A DNA stretch of 64,000 nucleotides from Bugula neritina (GCA_964035545.1 OZ037765.1:23683504-23747503); one strand, 5' to 3'. Positions 1-15,400 are shown, numbered from the stretch's first letter. Notes: generated by a model not told the origin, from the sequence alone. A program made the numbers and translations.

Positions 1-261
1 CAAGATTCAGTTTTTAATTCAAGTTTATAGCTATAATTTGTATAAGATGGGTGATGAAAAGATGATTACAAAAAGACAAATTCTGCTAAACATGTGTACA
101 CAGCAGTAAGTGAGCAGAACATAATCATGTGTGAATGAATTAAAAAAAATTACAAACATTCCATTCACAAAAACCAATCGCAAATAAATCATTGCCCAAA
201 CACTAATCTGAATTCAGCTACATGATCTCTAGACGTCTCATGATCTCTAAGATGTACTCAC

Positions 262-3200
262 TTGTATCACAAAGTTTTCCTTCCGAGTCTCAAATTCACA
301 GTGGATGGTGAGAGGGGAGCCGTAGAAAGACGAGCCGTGCGGTAGAATAGACCTCGGCTGGTTATATGCTTCTTCAACAGCCAACACATAATTCTCAACT
401 ATCAATAGCAGCCGCTCAATATTGAGAACATATGTGGGTGTCAGCGGGGCAGGCAACTTCTCTAAACCTGTCAATCAAACCCACTCGGCATTCAACATAA
501 ATGTATTATATAATGTGGGAAAGAGTGAAACATGCGCTATTAAAAATTCTCGCACGATTCTTTCATTTCAGGGGCGGATGCTGCGAAGGGGTACAACTGC
601 ACACCACATACCTGGCACAATGGGAGCGGATAAGATATGCAAGGCTTGAGAAAGAGATCTGAACACCACGGAGCCTCCAGCCCTCAGTGATATCAGCAGA
701 GTCTCCAGTCTTTCGTGACATTCAGCAATAAACTTCTTGTGTAGCAGAGCTGTATCCTACAACCACAATCCTAGTTAACATATACAGCAGTACACAGTCT
801 TAATAGCATGTTCTAGCACATTAGTCTCAAACTTTTCAACAGTTTGCACTTTAAAGGGGTGGTAGACTCCTAGGTAATGCCTATAATAGCAGGTCTTGAT
901 AACATGCTCTACCACATTAGCCTCAAACTACTCAACAGCTAGCACCCCCGGGGGGGGGGGGGGGTTCTTACACACCACACAATAGTATAACAGAACACTG
1001 ACTCTCTTGTATTTAGGAGCAAGGTTGATGTAGATGTTGTCTAGAAGAAAGCTGATGGCTTGCTTAGCTATATCACTGTCACCAATGTTTAGACAGAGAG
1101 TCCACAACTCGTCCAGACCAACCAGGTCTGTCTTCTCCACCAGCAGAGTGCCAGCCTTCAGCTTATGTTCGTGCAGATTCACAGCTTCAAAAAACTTCTT
1201 CCAGCATTTGAAGCCTACAAATAGGATTTATTCTTCGGTAACTAAAGTAGCAGAGTGTAAGTTTAATATGAGAAATAGAAGAGTAGTCTAACATTATAAT
1301 TCAAGGACTGGTAACTTAACCCAAGGAAAAAATTTTTGAACAAAGCAATTCTATAAGAAGCTGCTAATACATAAATAACTTCCAAGTTCATAATAACTAC
1401 ATCCTCAACCATATATGTATAGCAAAGATTGTTAGAGTAAATTATATAAATATAAATATATGAAGTTGGCAATACCTTCACTGGAGAGATTATGCGAATG
1501 ATCAGCAAGCAATTTCTTAGCAAAGAGGTTACCAACAGCCTCAGTTTCAAGCTCGCTGATTTGCTCAGTGAGCCACCTGTAACACACATCTCTGTCCCAC
1601 GGGCAGGACTCGTGCTTCACTATCATACACTCCCAGAAGTCCTTCACTCTATTCCATGACATGAATACAGCTGACTCTTGCAGAACAAAACTCAAACACT
1701 GGAGATGTAGCTCCACCATCTGTCAAACACAAAACAATAAATAGAGAGTATGTTTAAGTAAGTCAAATTAAAAGAGACTGTATCATTGTGATTTAGTGAC
1801 AACTATAATATATTTGATGTGAGTTTAGTGTATGTATGCTAAAGTTGATCAAGCCATAAAAATATACTAGCTAAAAATACAACCCAATGTAAGCATACAA
1901 TAAAGATAGGAGGCTTTTACTAACAGCCAAAGCAATATTTCTAGACATTTTAGCAAACTGGTGTTGAAACATCATATGCAGTTTTATTAGCCAGTATAAG
2001 TGTCAATCACGGTTTACTAGCATTCTATGCATATTGGTGTTGGCCCAATATTAGAACCACCCAACTCTATATCAAAGCCATACAGTAATAATGCTCAATA
2101 CTTTACAGTCTTACCTCTTCGTGGGTATATTTAGTGTCAGCGGAGAATGCAGGATGAAGCTCCATGCCTGCAACAGTGGCAGCTTTCACGTTGAATTGAT
2201 GACAAGATATAAGACTAGATGTGAGGAGTTTGGTTATATCACATATTTTATGTATATCCAACAGTATTCTAGCTCGGTCAGCTCTGTTGGTCTGCTTCAC
2301 TACGTTTCGTATAAGGTTTAGTAGCTGCTTTAGAGAAGGCATTATCCATGTACCTAAACATAATTTATTATTATATTAGATACACACAGCCAGACTTATT
2401 CAAACCATTTGAAAACCACTCATTCACTCTCATGTACCTAGATATAATTTATTATTATTTCACATACTCACATCCAGACTTGTGCAAACCATTCGAAAAC
2501 TGAATGTGACGATAAAACCACTCATTTACACTTTATAACTCTGTTATATTGGATACATTAGTTGAAGAAGTGAGTGTGTTTCAGTCAGCTGACTTAGAAC
2601 TCAAGACATAAGACTAAGTGTCAGCAAAATACAGAGATGTGATTGTCACATGTCACTTATAAAACTATTTCATATATTTTTAATGTTAATTCGAACGCAT
2701 CTAAGGCATGGGAATCCATTATTAAAATAAGTATTTTATTTAGTAAGAATTAAAGTCAAATATTGAACGTCATTATTGAAAAGTTAACATTATTTTTAGC
2801 TCCGTATGTTGAAATTTGCTGGTAAATTAATTGCCAAAAAGATATGTTTAAAATTACGACAAACTTTACATATTATGAAAACCAAAGTTCAAAAAGTTAA
2901 AAATTAGTTGTGACAGCGCCAAGTGTTCTCAAGAGTAGTTTGCGGTGACTAAACCAGCAGCAGAGAGTACAGCATAGCTATTGCAGGTGCCATCATAATC
3001 AAACAATTGAAATATGACATGACACTCAATCAGCTGGGAATACTGATAGCCAGTTTATACATGAATACACGGAATAAAATTTACATGGTACTTTCTGATA
3101 AATTGTCAGCGTACTTGCAACATAAAGTTTCCTATGAAATGGCGCTATATCTATAGAACTAATACGGAAATATATATTCACAGACAGCTGAATTTAATCT

Positions 3201-6200
3201 CATAACAAAAATGAGATATATCTTTACAAAAAAGCTTTTTATTACCCAAAGTGTGAAATTTATAGATATACATAAAAGTTATGGAGCAGTGGTCATCTAA
3301 AGGTTAGAGCGCTGGCTTAGTAAATCCCAAGTCATGGGTTCGATCCCCATTAAAAGCCCTTAGTGATGGTAGGAAAAGCATCCAGTCATAACTGCTCCTG
3401 CGGCACATAGGATAAAGTCCTTAGCCCGCTTAAAAAACTTTTCCATTAGAGGTTTCTCACAGGGAACGTGACTATAAGCTTTCATGAGTTTTTATATACA
3501 TAAAATTATACCACATCATTTAACAGATAAAATATTGCAATACCTTTTTTAATGCTATCAATGCACCTCTCCAAATACTTCTTCTTGTACGAGTCTTTCA
3601 TACTACTGCTCTCTGTCATGATATTATACATTTCGTCTAAACCTCTATCTACCAGCACACGGCTCATATCCTCTCTGTGACACAAGTCCCACAACACCTC
3701 CACAACCTACACATACGCAAATAGGGCTGACTAGTTACATTTATGCAGCATTAAAATAAATATAAAGATCTTAGCTACGGATAAAGATTTTACAGCGTTG
3801 AGGTTGTGTGCTCAAAAAAGTTGGTTTCATAATGAATTTTATGCATGCATTTCTTCAATTCATTTCAGCTCACGTGCTGCAGACTTAGTGATCATAGCTT
3901 GTTCTTTTCAACTGTTGTTGTACACACTGGGAGGTTCAAAAGTTGGAAACACAGACTACATGCACTGCTAAGTAAGAAAGCAATAACATAATATTGCAGA
4001 TAGTAGGCATGTAAATACTAGAAGAATCTGAGAGGAAGTTGGTTACTGCTATGTAGGACGATCACATGACAGCAATACCTTAATTGCGAGCTCACTACTC
4101 TTCGTATCTTTGCCAATAACTCCAAGCAGAGAGATCAGTTTCTGCTTCATATCTCCGGTCTCTATCAGCCAGTTGTCGGTAATCAACAGGGAGAAGTTGG
4201 AGAACTGATCTATAGAGAACTGGGAGGCAGCGGCAGCAAATATGCTGTGAATATTATCTATCACGTGGCTAGTCTGGTCATCCTGTGCAAAGAAACATCA
4301 TAGCTTAAGATACTTGAATAAATATGGCACCTGCAAGAACCTGCCAACACCTAATGAGTGCTGGAAGATGTAGGTGTGTGTACCAAAGTCACATTGAGCT
4401 CTTTGAGCACTTTGAGATGCAGCACTTACACCTGTTGCAGATGCAAAAAGTGGATAGTAGAAATAACAAAATAGTACTCAACCTTTCATTTTCATAGACA
4501 TAAATAACCATTTAACCAATTTATCAAGCTATTGGTGAATCAGCTGATACAGCACGCATTCCAACAGAATAGAGCAGTAAAAACTTTCTTAGACCTGGTG
4601 CAGATGCTACCTAATAAATATATACTTTGTGCTTATTTTAGTGAGCTGGAACACCACAAGTTGACAAACATTCACATTGCTATTTAGGTTTTAATCATCA
4701 GTAGTTTATTTTTCAATTAATCACAGAATTATAGTTTACATAACCTTTGCGAGTGAATGTCACTTCTTTGCGCCTGACTGAACATCTATAGCCTAATAAT
4801 GTTAAACTTGACTATTTTTATTGACAAAATTTTCATGTTTGGTCTTGAGTATAAAATCCAGATAAAATAATAGCATAATTACTGAAATTTTATTATGTCA
4901 TAGAGCTTGGCAAGGTCGATCTATGTCTATCTTATATCTCTGTAGATATCCAGTGGCAAAAATCTTTTACTATTGAAACAATTATCCCAACAATGTCACT
5001 ATTTAGACCCTGCCAGAAAAATTTCAACTGAAGATTGTATCTAAGTATTGGATGAACTCCAAGTACTTGCTAATGAATAAACTCATGCATGCAGCCAGTA
5101 AAACTAGTCAAATACTTATAAATCTAACCGTTCTATTCCAGAGTTTTTGCAAATCTTCCCGGGAGAGACGAGGGGCGACGTGTTCAACAATCTTCTTCAC
5201 TTTGTCACAATACTGAGCCTGGTCAATACTGCCAGATAGAATAATGCCAAGTAGCTCTTTATCCTCCATCCACTGGGTTAACTTTTCCAGGGGCACTGCT
5301 CCCTTGGCTGAAGAGCTCTTATCTTTGTCAGCTGTAGCATCCTCAATCATTTTCGTGATCTGTTGTCAATGCATGGAACATCATAGTTTAATGATGAGCA
5401 ATTGTATAGGAACTAAAACTAATGTACTTTGTGCAAGATGACCCTTGGCTTTAGGTATTCAGTTTACAAACAAATTGCTTACCTCTATCAAAGCATTCAT
5501 CTTTGCATTGAAATGAGGACATTTGATCATACGAAGCACCAAATCTAAACGCAGCTCATCTGCATTCTCAGTTTTCTTCCTCCAGAGAACCTGAGATATG
5601 ACCTTGACACATCGTAACAGGTCACATGCCTTTCCAATATTCTGTAAACATGCCAACAATACAATTAATATATTTTTTCTTTGCAGAAGAAAAACATCAA
5701 GAAGTCATCAACAGTTGAATTAAAATTGCGGAAGCTGCCCTACCTTGTCCCGAAAGTCATCAGCAGTTAAATTCTCGACTGTTTGTATAACTCTTTTCAT
5801 ACTCTTTTCTAACAAAGGTCGGGCGATGTTTGGACTTAAAAAGTCAATGCATGATGACAGAACCTCTGTAAGTGCAGCCATAACCTGTAAGAAGTGTTGC
5901 AGAGTTACTATTGAAACACAAAAATCTGAGGAAACCATCGCATTGCTCAAGATAAGCAGAAAATAATGTCCAACATTTAGCATAAATCATACTAAAAACA
6001 ACTTTTAAGGTTTACAAAACTATAAAGAAGATGTACTTACTCGAATATTTGTTTTAGGCAACTCAATGATGGCTGTGATCTTCTCAAACCCGCCATGATA
6101 ATGAAACTTGTTGATAAGATTTGATAACCACCAGTGTTCTTTTACACCCAAACTCCGTATTGGCTGACTGATAACTCTATCGGGTCCCATCTTGTCCTCC

Positions 6201-9200
6201 CATGACTCAACTTTAGACCTGACAATAGTCATGTTGGCACTTAAGTTTGGTTTATTGCATACTTGAAACATTCAATTAGAAATGCTTACAGCATCACCAG
6301 CAAAATTGTATCAGTTTGAAATAAAACATTAACTGAACACTTGAACACAACATTTCTTGCCAAGATCCATCAACTATAAGTAAAATAAAAAGTAAATAAC
6401 TTTTCTAGAGCAATTTTTATTTAGCAATTAGCATGCAAGCAAAAGCAGTAAAAACTCTTGTCAGTATAAATGTGCAGAGTTTTGTTAGATGTGATAGATT
6501 CTTTGATTAGGCCTGAATCACTTTTACACCATGACCTAATCTGAGCAAAATACTGGAGTGGTATTTATTTTAAACAATAGGCCATCCACATTCTATGGAC
6601 TGCATATAAACACCAGAAGTATGTGATTCAGTGGAATTAAAGGCAACTTTCAAGTGAGTGGACAAGCAGCTCACTTCATTGTCTTGTTCTTCTGGTGGTA
6701 GGCACAGTTTGTATTGAAGCTTAAAGCCAACACCTTCAGCGCCTCAACAGGCACAAACGTCTGCTCAGCTTTGGAGGGCAGATCAAGTGCTGTGGAAACA
6801 ACTTCCATGAGCAATAGAATCATATCGTAGACGCCTTCTTGTATATCAGCTGACCATCTGTATATAGCTGGGGCATCCAATAGTTTCTCAAAACACTGCA
6901 AAGAACAAACTATACTTGCTCGACACAAAATAAAATGATATATTCTAAACATTTCACAAAATATATTCAACGCATGACACTCAAATGAGCCAAGCCAATG
7001 TCTACAGATGCATAGCTTACTGTACAAAAAAAAAATATCAGGGATATGCAGCAACAACTTTGAAAGATATTGAATATAAAAGAAGTGCAGGTGCATAGCT
7101 TTAGAAAGAGTGAGTATAGATACCGATGGAAGACATTGGGTTAGAAACTTCATACACAGCTCATCACTTGTTGCTTTCCCTTCATCTAACAACTTCATAG
7201 TAGCATACATGCACTTGGCTAAAGATTCATCATCTCTGAACAAAAATTACACAACTACAATTTAAACCAATTGAATCATGCAAAAGTCAATTATGATTTG
7301 TACACATATGAAAACGTTGCTAAGAAAACTACTAGCATTTTAAGTACACTTTGCATAAAATTAAATTGGGCAAGTAAATGGAACGTATTTAGCTGGTTGC
7401 CTAAGGTGACATCAAAAAGTTCCTCAACTGTTAACCCTTATATTCACACATTTTTAGGCATGCATAAAAAATAATTGCTGAGTAATTGTAAAGTCACATA
7501 TTTGCTTTGCATAGGCAGTCAACTAAATTCAGTCAAAATTTTACAGAACCACTACATCTTCAAATCAGAAAGTTGAAATACAACAGAAAAATGCATTTGC
7601 TCAGTTGCCTCTAAACTTAGAAGTATACATATAATAACTATTTTAATTGTTGTAGTAATCATTTTATTCCAAATTTCTATTATTCATTACACAATGAAAT
7701 CCCAGTAACTACTGCAGGCTGCATGTTTTAGCATGCATAATAGAAATAAGAAATTTAAAACGTGGGTTTTCCACTCTAATTCATAATAGTATACAAAATA
7801 ATTTTATTTCTTAAGCCTGTGAGCGCCACATAAATGTAGGCTGGTGTAGGCTGGAGTTCGTATGCGATCCTGGGGTCGCCTGTTGGACAGCTCTGAACTA
7901 ATGTATATGACTGTATCAACATAATTAACCTGCTAGCTCACCAATGCAACGCTTCAAAAAACCCAAGACATGCGACGGAAGGAAAAGGTCTGTATTTCTA
8001 CTGGAAGAGATTGAGTGAAAACCACATATGCTTGATTTATAATAGATTTTGCCATCATTCATCAAAAATGTCATCAAATAGCTAAACGTCTTCTACTTCA
8101 ATTCTAATTTTTATACTTTAAACTTTAGAGTGATCCTAACAGGGTATGAAGTTGATAAAGGAATATAATAAATTATTAAATAATTTATCTGATCTAGTGT
8201 ACATTATCACCACCAGAATCCGCATGACTATGGTAATATTTATACTGGTTTAATGATGCAATTAATGAGCTTTAAAGTAACTAGTTGCATCAGTACCCAA
8301 TTAGATTAACCAATAGCCAACTAAGGCCATTCCCATATAAAACTTTGATATAAGAAAATGATTCCACTCAATACTCAAATAGTTGAAGTCAGTTAATTTT
8401 TTTAATTTTTACCTTACACAATTCTTCTCTTCAATTTTGAGCTGTTAATCCACAAAAGATAGAGCTCATGAAAATTTAGCAGTAAAATCTAAAAAACTAG
8501 TAATTTTAATACTAGCTCCACTTCTTTGATATCAGAAATAGAGACTAGATTTCAAAAAATACTTACATCTACAATAAGATTAATTAGAAAAGAATTCGAA
8601 GCAGCCAGTTTGCAACAACAATTTTACCACATCATACTTAAAGCAGTGCTGCAATTTAATAAAGGTGTCACTAATACCATATTGAAAAGTTTTTCACTTT
8701 TCCAAATATAACATTTAGTATATTAGTCTAACATAGATTCCAAATATAAAACTTGAATATTAGAAAATGGTAGCATAGCATACCGATAGGGGATACTCCA
8801 TGAATCTGTGTACACCCTTGATTCAAGCTCATACAGATTGGCAGCTGGAAAATCTTGGGTTTCAGACGTATCCATAGACTATAATATAAGTTTAATTTAA
8901 ATTAAACAATTTTATTATCACATTTTTTTATTATTTTCACACTACTTTAGTTAAGTATTGATGAATGTTGTAACAATACTTTTGCTATCTTGAGAGATAG
9001 CCAACTTACAATAAGAGCTATTGGATAACATGGGTAACTAAAGTAAAACTGTAAGTCATATAACCAGCACAACACTACCGTTGTTTCAGCAGCTTTAAAT
9101 ATTGTCAAACTAAAATTATAACTTTCAGTATTATAAAAACTATTTAGTTACATACTGGAATATGATGCCACCGCAGAATACTCATGTCTTACAGCCAACA

Positions 9201-9674
9201 GCACAGTTTGACTTGAATTGAGACCTACTAAACTTATTTCTTACTAAACTTGAATTACACAATACCTAAATGAAATTACCAGAAAAAACTTTTATTCTTA
9301 TTTTCAAAACAATAACTCAGTCTATTACTAAAACCTACACATTAACCTTCAGGCCTATAAATATAAAAACATATATCATTACACAATTACTAAATGTGCA
9401 TTATGATTATAGAATATTTTAAAACCAAGATTCATGCACTTAAGTCTAGATTGATTTAGAAGCTACTTACACCTTGATCTAAAGTGTTGGCATCTGGACT
9501 ACTTTTTTGGTCATCAAAATAAGTTAATGATTGGCCATTGGTCAGCATGTCTACAGCTTCATTCATATCATTTTTGGAGATTTTGAGAGCTCTTCTAACC
9601 TCGCTCTCACTTGGAAATCCCATAGACAATAGCATTTGCACATTTTCATCACTTGGCTCCATGCTGCTACTCAT
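262..9674 (-). CDS. USP24: Ubiquitin carboxyl-terminal hydrolase 24-like, N-terminal part (UBA domain plus helical region); continues off the left edge
   Basis: N-terminus MEPSDENVQMLLSMGFPSESEVRRALKISKNDMNEAVDMLTN (UBA) and FPAANLYELESRVYTDSWSIPYR match the USP24 N-terminus. RLDLVLRMIKCPHFNAKMNALIEV is a USP9/24 family motif. Phase-consistent GT-AG exons: 9471-9674, 8784-8878, 7124-7235, 6675-6895, 6041-6218, 5744-5884, 5483-5641, 5129-5359, 4079-4282, 3544-3706, 2115-2353, 1476-1719, 1003-1214, 612-756, 262-467. Confidence 0.92.
945..964. repeat. C5-G15 homopolymer tract in a USP24 intron
   Basis: ccccc followed by 15 g, read directly. Confidence 0.9.
2347..2500. repeat. 84-bp diverged tandem duplication spanning a USP24 splice acceptor
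   Basis: catgtaccta..ataatttattattat..ccagactt..caaaccatt.gaaaac occurs at 2347 and again at 2431. Confidence 0.85.
3283..3485 (+). mobile_element. tRNA-derived SINE-like element in a USP24 intron (boundaries approximate)
   Basis: Pol III A-box-like TGGTCATCTAAAGG (~3289) and B-box GGTTCGATCCC (3337-3347) with tRNA spacing, followed by a non-tRNA body. No proper acceptor stem. Confidence 0.65.
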
Positions 9675-12437
9675 CCTTACGCTGATTATTTATCAGTGCA
9701 AGTGTTATTGCTTAGAAGTTTAATTCATCCTAAAGTTAGAAATTACATATTTTTGGACTAGTAGTAATTTAAGACTTTTGCTTTTAAATTCAATTTTATA
9801 AGAAAATGATCAGCAAACTGAAACTCTAATACTAGAAATTCTAGCTAAGTATCTGTTACAATCACCATAGAATTAGATGTCTATCCAACTCAGTAACATC
9901 AACTGTAAGTAAGTTGTGATAGTAACTGTAAGTTACAAATTTAGTAACTGTTAGTGTTACTACAAATTCAGTACAATTGCAAGTGTAACTTAGAGCAGTA
10001 AAACTAACTGCAGGTGGAAGACCAAACGTCAGCATGAATTTACTCTTAGACATTACAAGTAGAGAATGAGAAAAAATCTGATAAAATTGAACCAACACTA
10101 AACATATCAAATTCAAACTTATGCAGTTATGCTTATGCTATGATTATTCATTATCATAATCATAATAATAATGTTATTACTCAATTATGGTTTGCATTAA
10201 AATACTAATAATAATACTAAATACTAATAGCCATAAGTTAAATTAATTAGACCACTATGGTCTACCTGCACCAGTACCTCTCAACCAGCCTGGGTCAAAT
10301 TAAAAGTTATAGTAATACTAATAGTAATAGTAATACAGTGATACTAAATCTAATACAAAAATACTAATAGTAATAGTGATGCTGCTACTAGTACTAGTAG
10401 TATTAGTAAACCCAATACCGATACAGGCAATATTCATAGTCATACAGTTACACTTGGACGCAAACTTGTTTAAGTTGCTGTTAATTTTAATCATAATGTT
10501 ACCGGGTTGAGCTACGTCGACACTAACACTTGCACTTCGTCTTACAGCTTCAGTTTCTTTCAAGTTTAAATATATCATCAATATCATTAAACAAAAAATA
10601 ATCAATCATAATGATAGTTATGATATTAATATTATTATTAATAAATTTAATGTTCTATTCCCTTACTCTTAGAGTTACTTTTAGTTTCAGTTTGAATTTG
10701 ACTTTGAGTCTAGCATTTTTATTTTTCTTTGACGTTTAAATTGAATTGACTATTTACTAAATTACTTTTACAGTTAGTACTTGGGCACTAATAGTTACCA
10801 GTGGACTTGGCCATTTCAATAGAACTATAATGTTAAACTTAGTATCTTCAATCCTGATCATAATGATATTGATAAACTTAAAGTTAGTTTCGAGAAATCT
10901 AAAATCGAATTTGGTTATATTCAAATTGTCGTTAGCCTAAGGCCACGCCTTAGGATTGGGGTTACCGCTTAGCCTTAGGTATTACTATCATAATCATAAT
11001 ACTAATAGGCTACGGTAAATAGTTGGCAGATGGCGATGTTCGTTCTCATAAATTATTATCATTATTTCTATAAGTTAAAATGCAATAACAACTGTTAAAT
11101 TCAAAAAAATTAATATAACAATGTAACAATTGATATAACTTTTAGCAAAGTGACATGCATTGATGTAACTTATTTCAATCTTTATAATAATAGTAATATA
11201 CTATAACTATTTTGAGTTTGAAGCGCTAAAATTTTGATAGATATTTTTTTCTCCGCATTGGCGATGAGCGCCATTATGAATAAAATATTGTAGCCTATAT
11301 AAAATAGGTTATTTTTCACAATTTTGGTCATAAATTATTTTGATGAATTTCAATTTGATATGTTGTCTGTAAAACATATACTTTTATTTTATAAATTTTT
11401 CAAAATTACAAAGAGAAGATAATCTCTAATTATAACACGGAAACAGTCATTGAACTGTAACCCCTATAAGTTTTAGTTCATTGGTTATGATATACATTGT
11501 GCATAAATTATAACAAAACATCCCATATTATGACAGTTATGAGTTTTGAAATTTAACATGAATTACCCTCTAGATTCTAGGAGATATAACAACTAGCTTT
11601 CAAAGTTATATTGACCCAATAAAGACAAATTGTAAATAAAACATGTAATTATACCCTCTTTAGCCTTTTTAGACCAATACTGCAATAGCACTACATTCTA
11701 ACATGTCAATGTGCATATTACTTTTATTGTTTGGATATGTTTATTATAAGTTAAACTTCATAATGCTACAGTGTCTAAAAGTAATCAAAAGGCAATTTAC
11801 AAAAGCAAGCAACATTCTAAAACATCCATATATTATTTATATTTTATAATTTGCAATAAACTGTCGTAAATGATGAAATTAATCATTTATTCAGGATTTG
11901 TTCAGCTAGCTGTGTGTGTGGGTGCTGGGTGTGTTATTTTAATAACATATTTTCCTGGTGAATTATATTTGCCTCACCACTAAGGCAATTGCTGTGAAAA
12001 TATCACCAAAATCTCAGTGCCCGTTGCAATTCTTAATATTTTATAAAGTAGCTTTTTTGTTTTCATTTTGTTGAACTTCAAATAGGCCACACCTTAAAAA
12101 TTCTATATACATATCAGTGCACCTTAAACACCTAAAAAGCTCGTTTATTTTAAATTGGCATTGATAATTCTAAACTTGTCTTTAAATTCTTTTTTTTAAA
12201 GGCATGAATAGTTTAGAGAAATTTACTTGAGGCTTTATATAGGCACATAGATTTCCATTTCAAAAATAGCTTTGTAGTGATTAAAAATTTAGCATTGAAG
12301 TTCATAAGCAAGAAATTAAAAATATAACAGTGGCAAGCAACATAATCCTTCAAAAATATGATATAATAAATGTGTACTATATGGTAAGTTTAAGCCTTTG
12401 TGCAAAAGAAAGTTTTTGAACATTTCTATAACAGATG

Positions 12438-15400
12438 CTATTCGGACATGGCAAATAAGATTAAAACAATAGCTATTATGATAGCATTTAATCTTGTTAC
12501 ATTGCATCCATTATTACTTCTTTGCTTAACACAAGCTGCTATCTGCTCTTCAGTGTTGTTACTCATATATAATACTTGGCTGAAGATGTTGATGTGTGGA
12601 GGCTGTACAAACTGTTTTACCACCGATGCTCTGTGAAGTAAAATGGAACTTCTTTGAATTACATCCACTTTATATAACAGTCAGTTGGGAAAACAAAATA
12701 AACTGAAGGATACAGTATCTGTGAAAGTTACTCACTGAAAATGCAGGTCACCCATTGTCATGGCTTCACAAACATCGGGTGGAGGTCTCCAGCTCATTGA
12801 TATTTCTTGTCTCCAATTATTACTGAATGCAGAGTTGTGAGTCAAAGCATTCTAAAACAGAACTTTACTCATTAGTCATATTGAATCACATTTCAATGTC
12901 TATGAATTCTTTAATTCCTATTTGATTTAATATGACTTGCAACCTTAAAGTATATATTGTTAGTTTATATGAAAAGACTTTAGAATTTATTTTGTTTTTA
13001 AATTTTGATTATAGGTATGTAGTTTTATTGTAATAGAGTATAGCCAATGTTGATTGTTGATAGGTTTTGATAACAGATATTTTAGACTTTCAGTACTTGT
13101 AATATTGGTGCCTGTTGCACCAAATTTTAACTGAAGCCTAATTTTGCCTGTAGACCAATCCTAGAAGATATTTGGTGATAGTTTATTTAAATAGACTTAA
13201 ATGGTGGGACCATAAAGTCTCAAAAAGTAAATCTAAAAGCACATGAATGCACTTCAACAGCTAAGATAACTTCGACTGCTTCTAAAATTTTCTAAGCTAG
13301 TCTTATGTTTCACTCACTCCACTCCTTCCGCAGACTTGTGCTGACAGGGTTGGGGGACCTTCTAAGACTCCTTTAGCAATGTAATCAAAGGAGTTCACTT
13401 TTCTTGCTTGGATTAAAAACCCTTTGAACAAGGTGGAGGTTGGGCTCAATATTCTCACATTAACTGAAAAACAAACAAAAGTCAATAGTTTGTTACATAT
13501 TAAAAATTAGTCAGGAAAGTTTGTGTTTTATAGTTGTCAGTAACTAATCAATTGTGTAACTGCTTCCTCTTCCACATATTGGAAAATCTGGCTGCATGTA
13601 ATATTTAGTTCACCTGCCTACAACAGCTAAGTTTGTCTTTTTTTATTAAATTGACTGCTGGCTAATGCACAACTATAACCATTCTTCTGTTAATCAGCAG
13701 CTTATTGTTAAGTTGAACAAGTTTACAAACACCCATTACAACACTATCTTGCTTTGCTGGCAGTGAAAAAATAACATGTTTTTATAATTTAGCAGCACTT
13801 GAGATGGTGCCATCCGATATGTCAGTACGAAATATGGCAGCTATTTGATGAGAACTTACATTCTGCATTGTTCATTAAAAAGATTAAATAAAAGCACATA
13901 TTTGCTCAGTTACAATTAGTTCAGTTTATCAATTTGAGTACTGTTACTCTTGCCAAGAGAACTACATAATGATGCATGGCTGTGATGCAATACATTTAAA
14001 ATTAAAAAAAAACTCAAACATTATCACATAGTTTGCATTGTATACATTTTATCTTTTCATCTTATATTATATTGTTTGTTGACGTAGTTCAATATGATGT
14101 CACACGATAATTTTGTTGCCAGTCTTGCTAGATTTATGCTATTAATTGAATAGGTAGAATGTCAGTATACTAGTTTTAAAGGCATGGAAAATACTTACTG
14201 GGATCTCATATAGAATGAGCAAACAAGATGTTATAGTCTAATTCACATCAACAAGACCATAATAATAAATGAAAAATATTTTTCGTAAATAATATGCATA
14301 ATAATGATATTAAAATTTGTATATTATGACATTCTAATCTAACTTGTTCACTATAAGAAACTTATGGTTAACAAGTGACATTTTCTAGTTTTCTTTGTGA
14401 ATGCATTTAATATATATTGGAGACCTTTCTAATATTTAGTTTCATTTTGAGATTAAAAGTGTTTGAAATGTTTATAAAAAGCCAACCATTTAAAACATGA
14501 AGCAAGTAAACAGGTGTCTAAAACTGAAAAGTGAGACAATAATTAAACAACCTGTGAGTATGCTACAAAACAAAAGTGTTTCGGTTCCATAATTTATAAT
14601 AAAAGTTTAATAAATTGCTCTTCACTTATTTCCATCGATAGTATAATTTTTTCTGAATTTCCATGCAAATTATTAAATTATATACAATTTAATTATTGCC
14701 TTGTTACTATGTAAACCAGTACATTAAATTCAGTATCCATGTATATCTACAAGCCATACAAGTGATATGCATGTTTATACATGATCGAACTGTATGTCTA
14801 TATGACTGTGTACATTATATTGTTTGCATACACAAGTGAGTACGATTTCTCTCTTTTTATACAGGATGTTGTATGTCCTGTCTATGAGTAACCAATTAGG
14901 GCACAATGAAACATTTAAATATATTTAATAGGTGGTTAACCATCAGAAATGTTTGAAAATACTCTTAAAATGATCTCACTTTCATTATCTTTTTAGAAAA
15001 ATCTGAACTTGTCAAATAATTTTTACAAGTTGAATAAATGTATGTCGGGAAAAGTTTGCAAATTACTTTCAAATTATAAAAAGTATCTGTTCAAGTAAAG
15101 CCAGTATGTTAGGAAAATATATTCAAGTTATATTGAACTTATCAAACAGGACAAATCTGATGCAGATTTTAAAGGTAAAAAGTTATGCAGAAATTTATAA
15201 GTATCAAATTACGATAAATTTTAGAAGTTTCCAGATGGCTCTAGTATCTTTTTATGTAAATATAGCAAAAATTACTGATGTGAAATAAATAAGCATAATT
15301 CTATTTATATTATGAGATTTTAGCACATCAATACAAAGAAATTAAGGCCAGGCCTGATAAGTTTTAACTTAAAAACTTTAAATGCTTTTACATAAACTTT

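Noticed and set aside
945-964. Functional G-quadruplex
   Set aside because: A single homopolymer run of uncertain length with no supporting context.
3283-3355. Functional tRNA gene
   Set aside because: A and B boxes are present but there is no acceptor stem or terminator; it continues into a SINE-like body.
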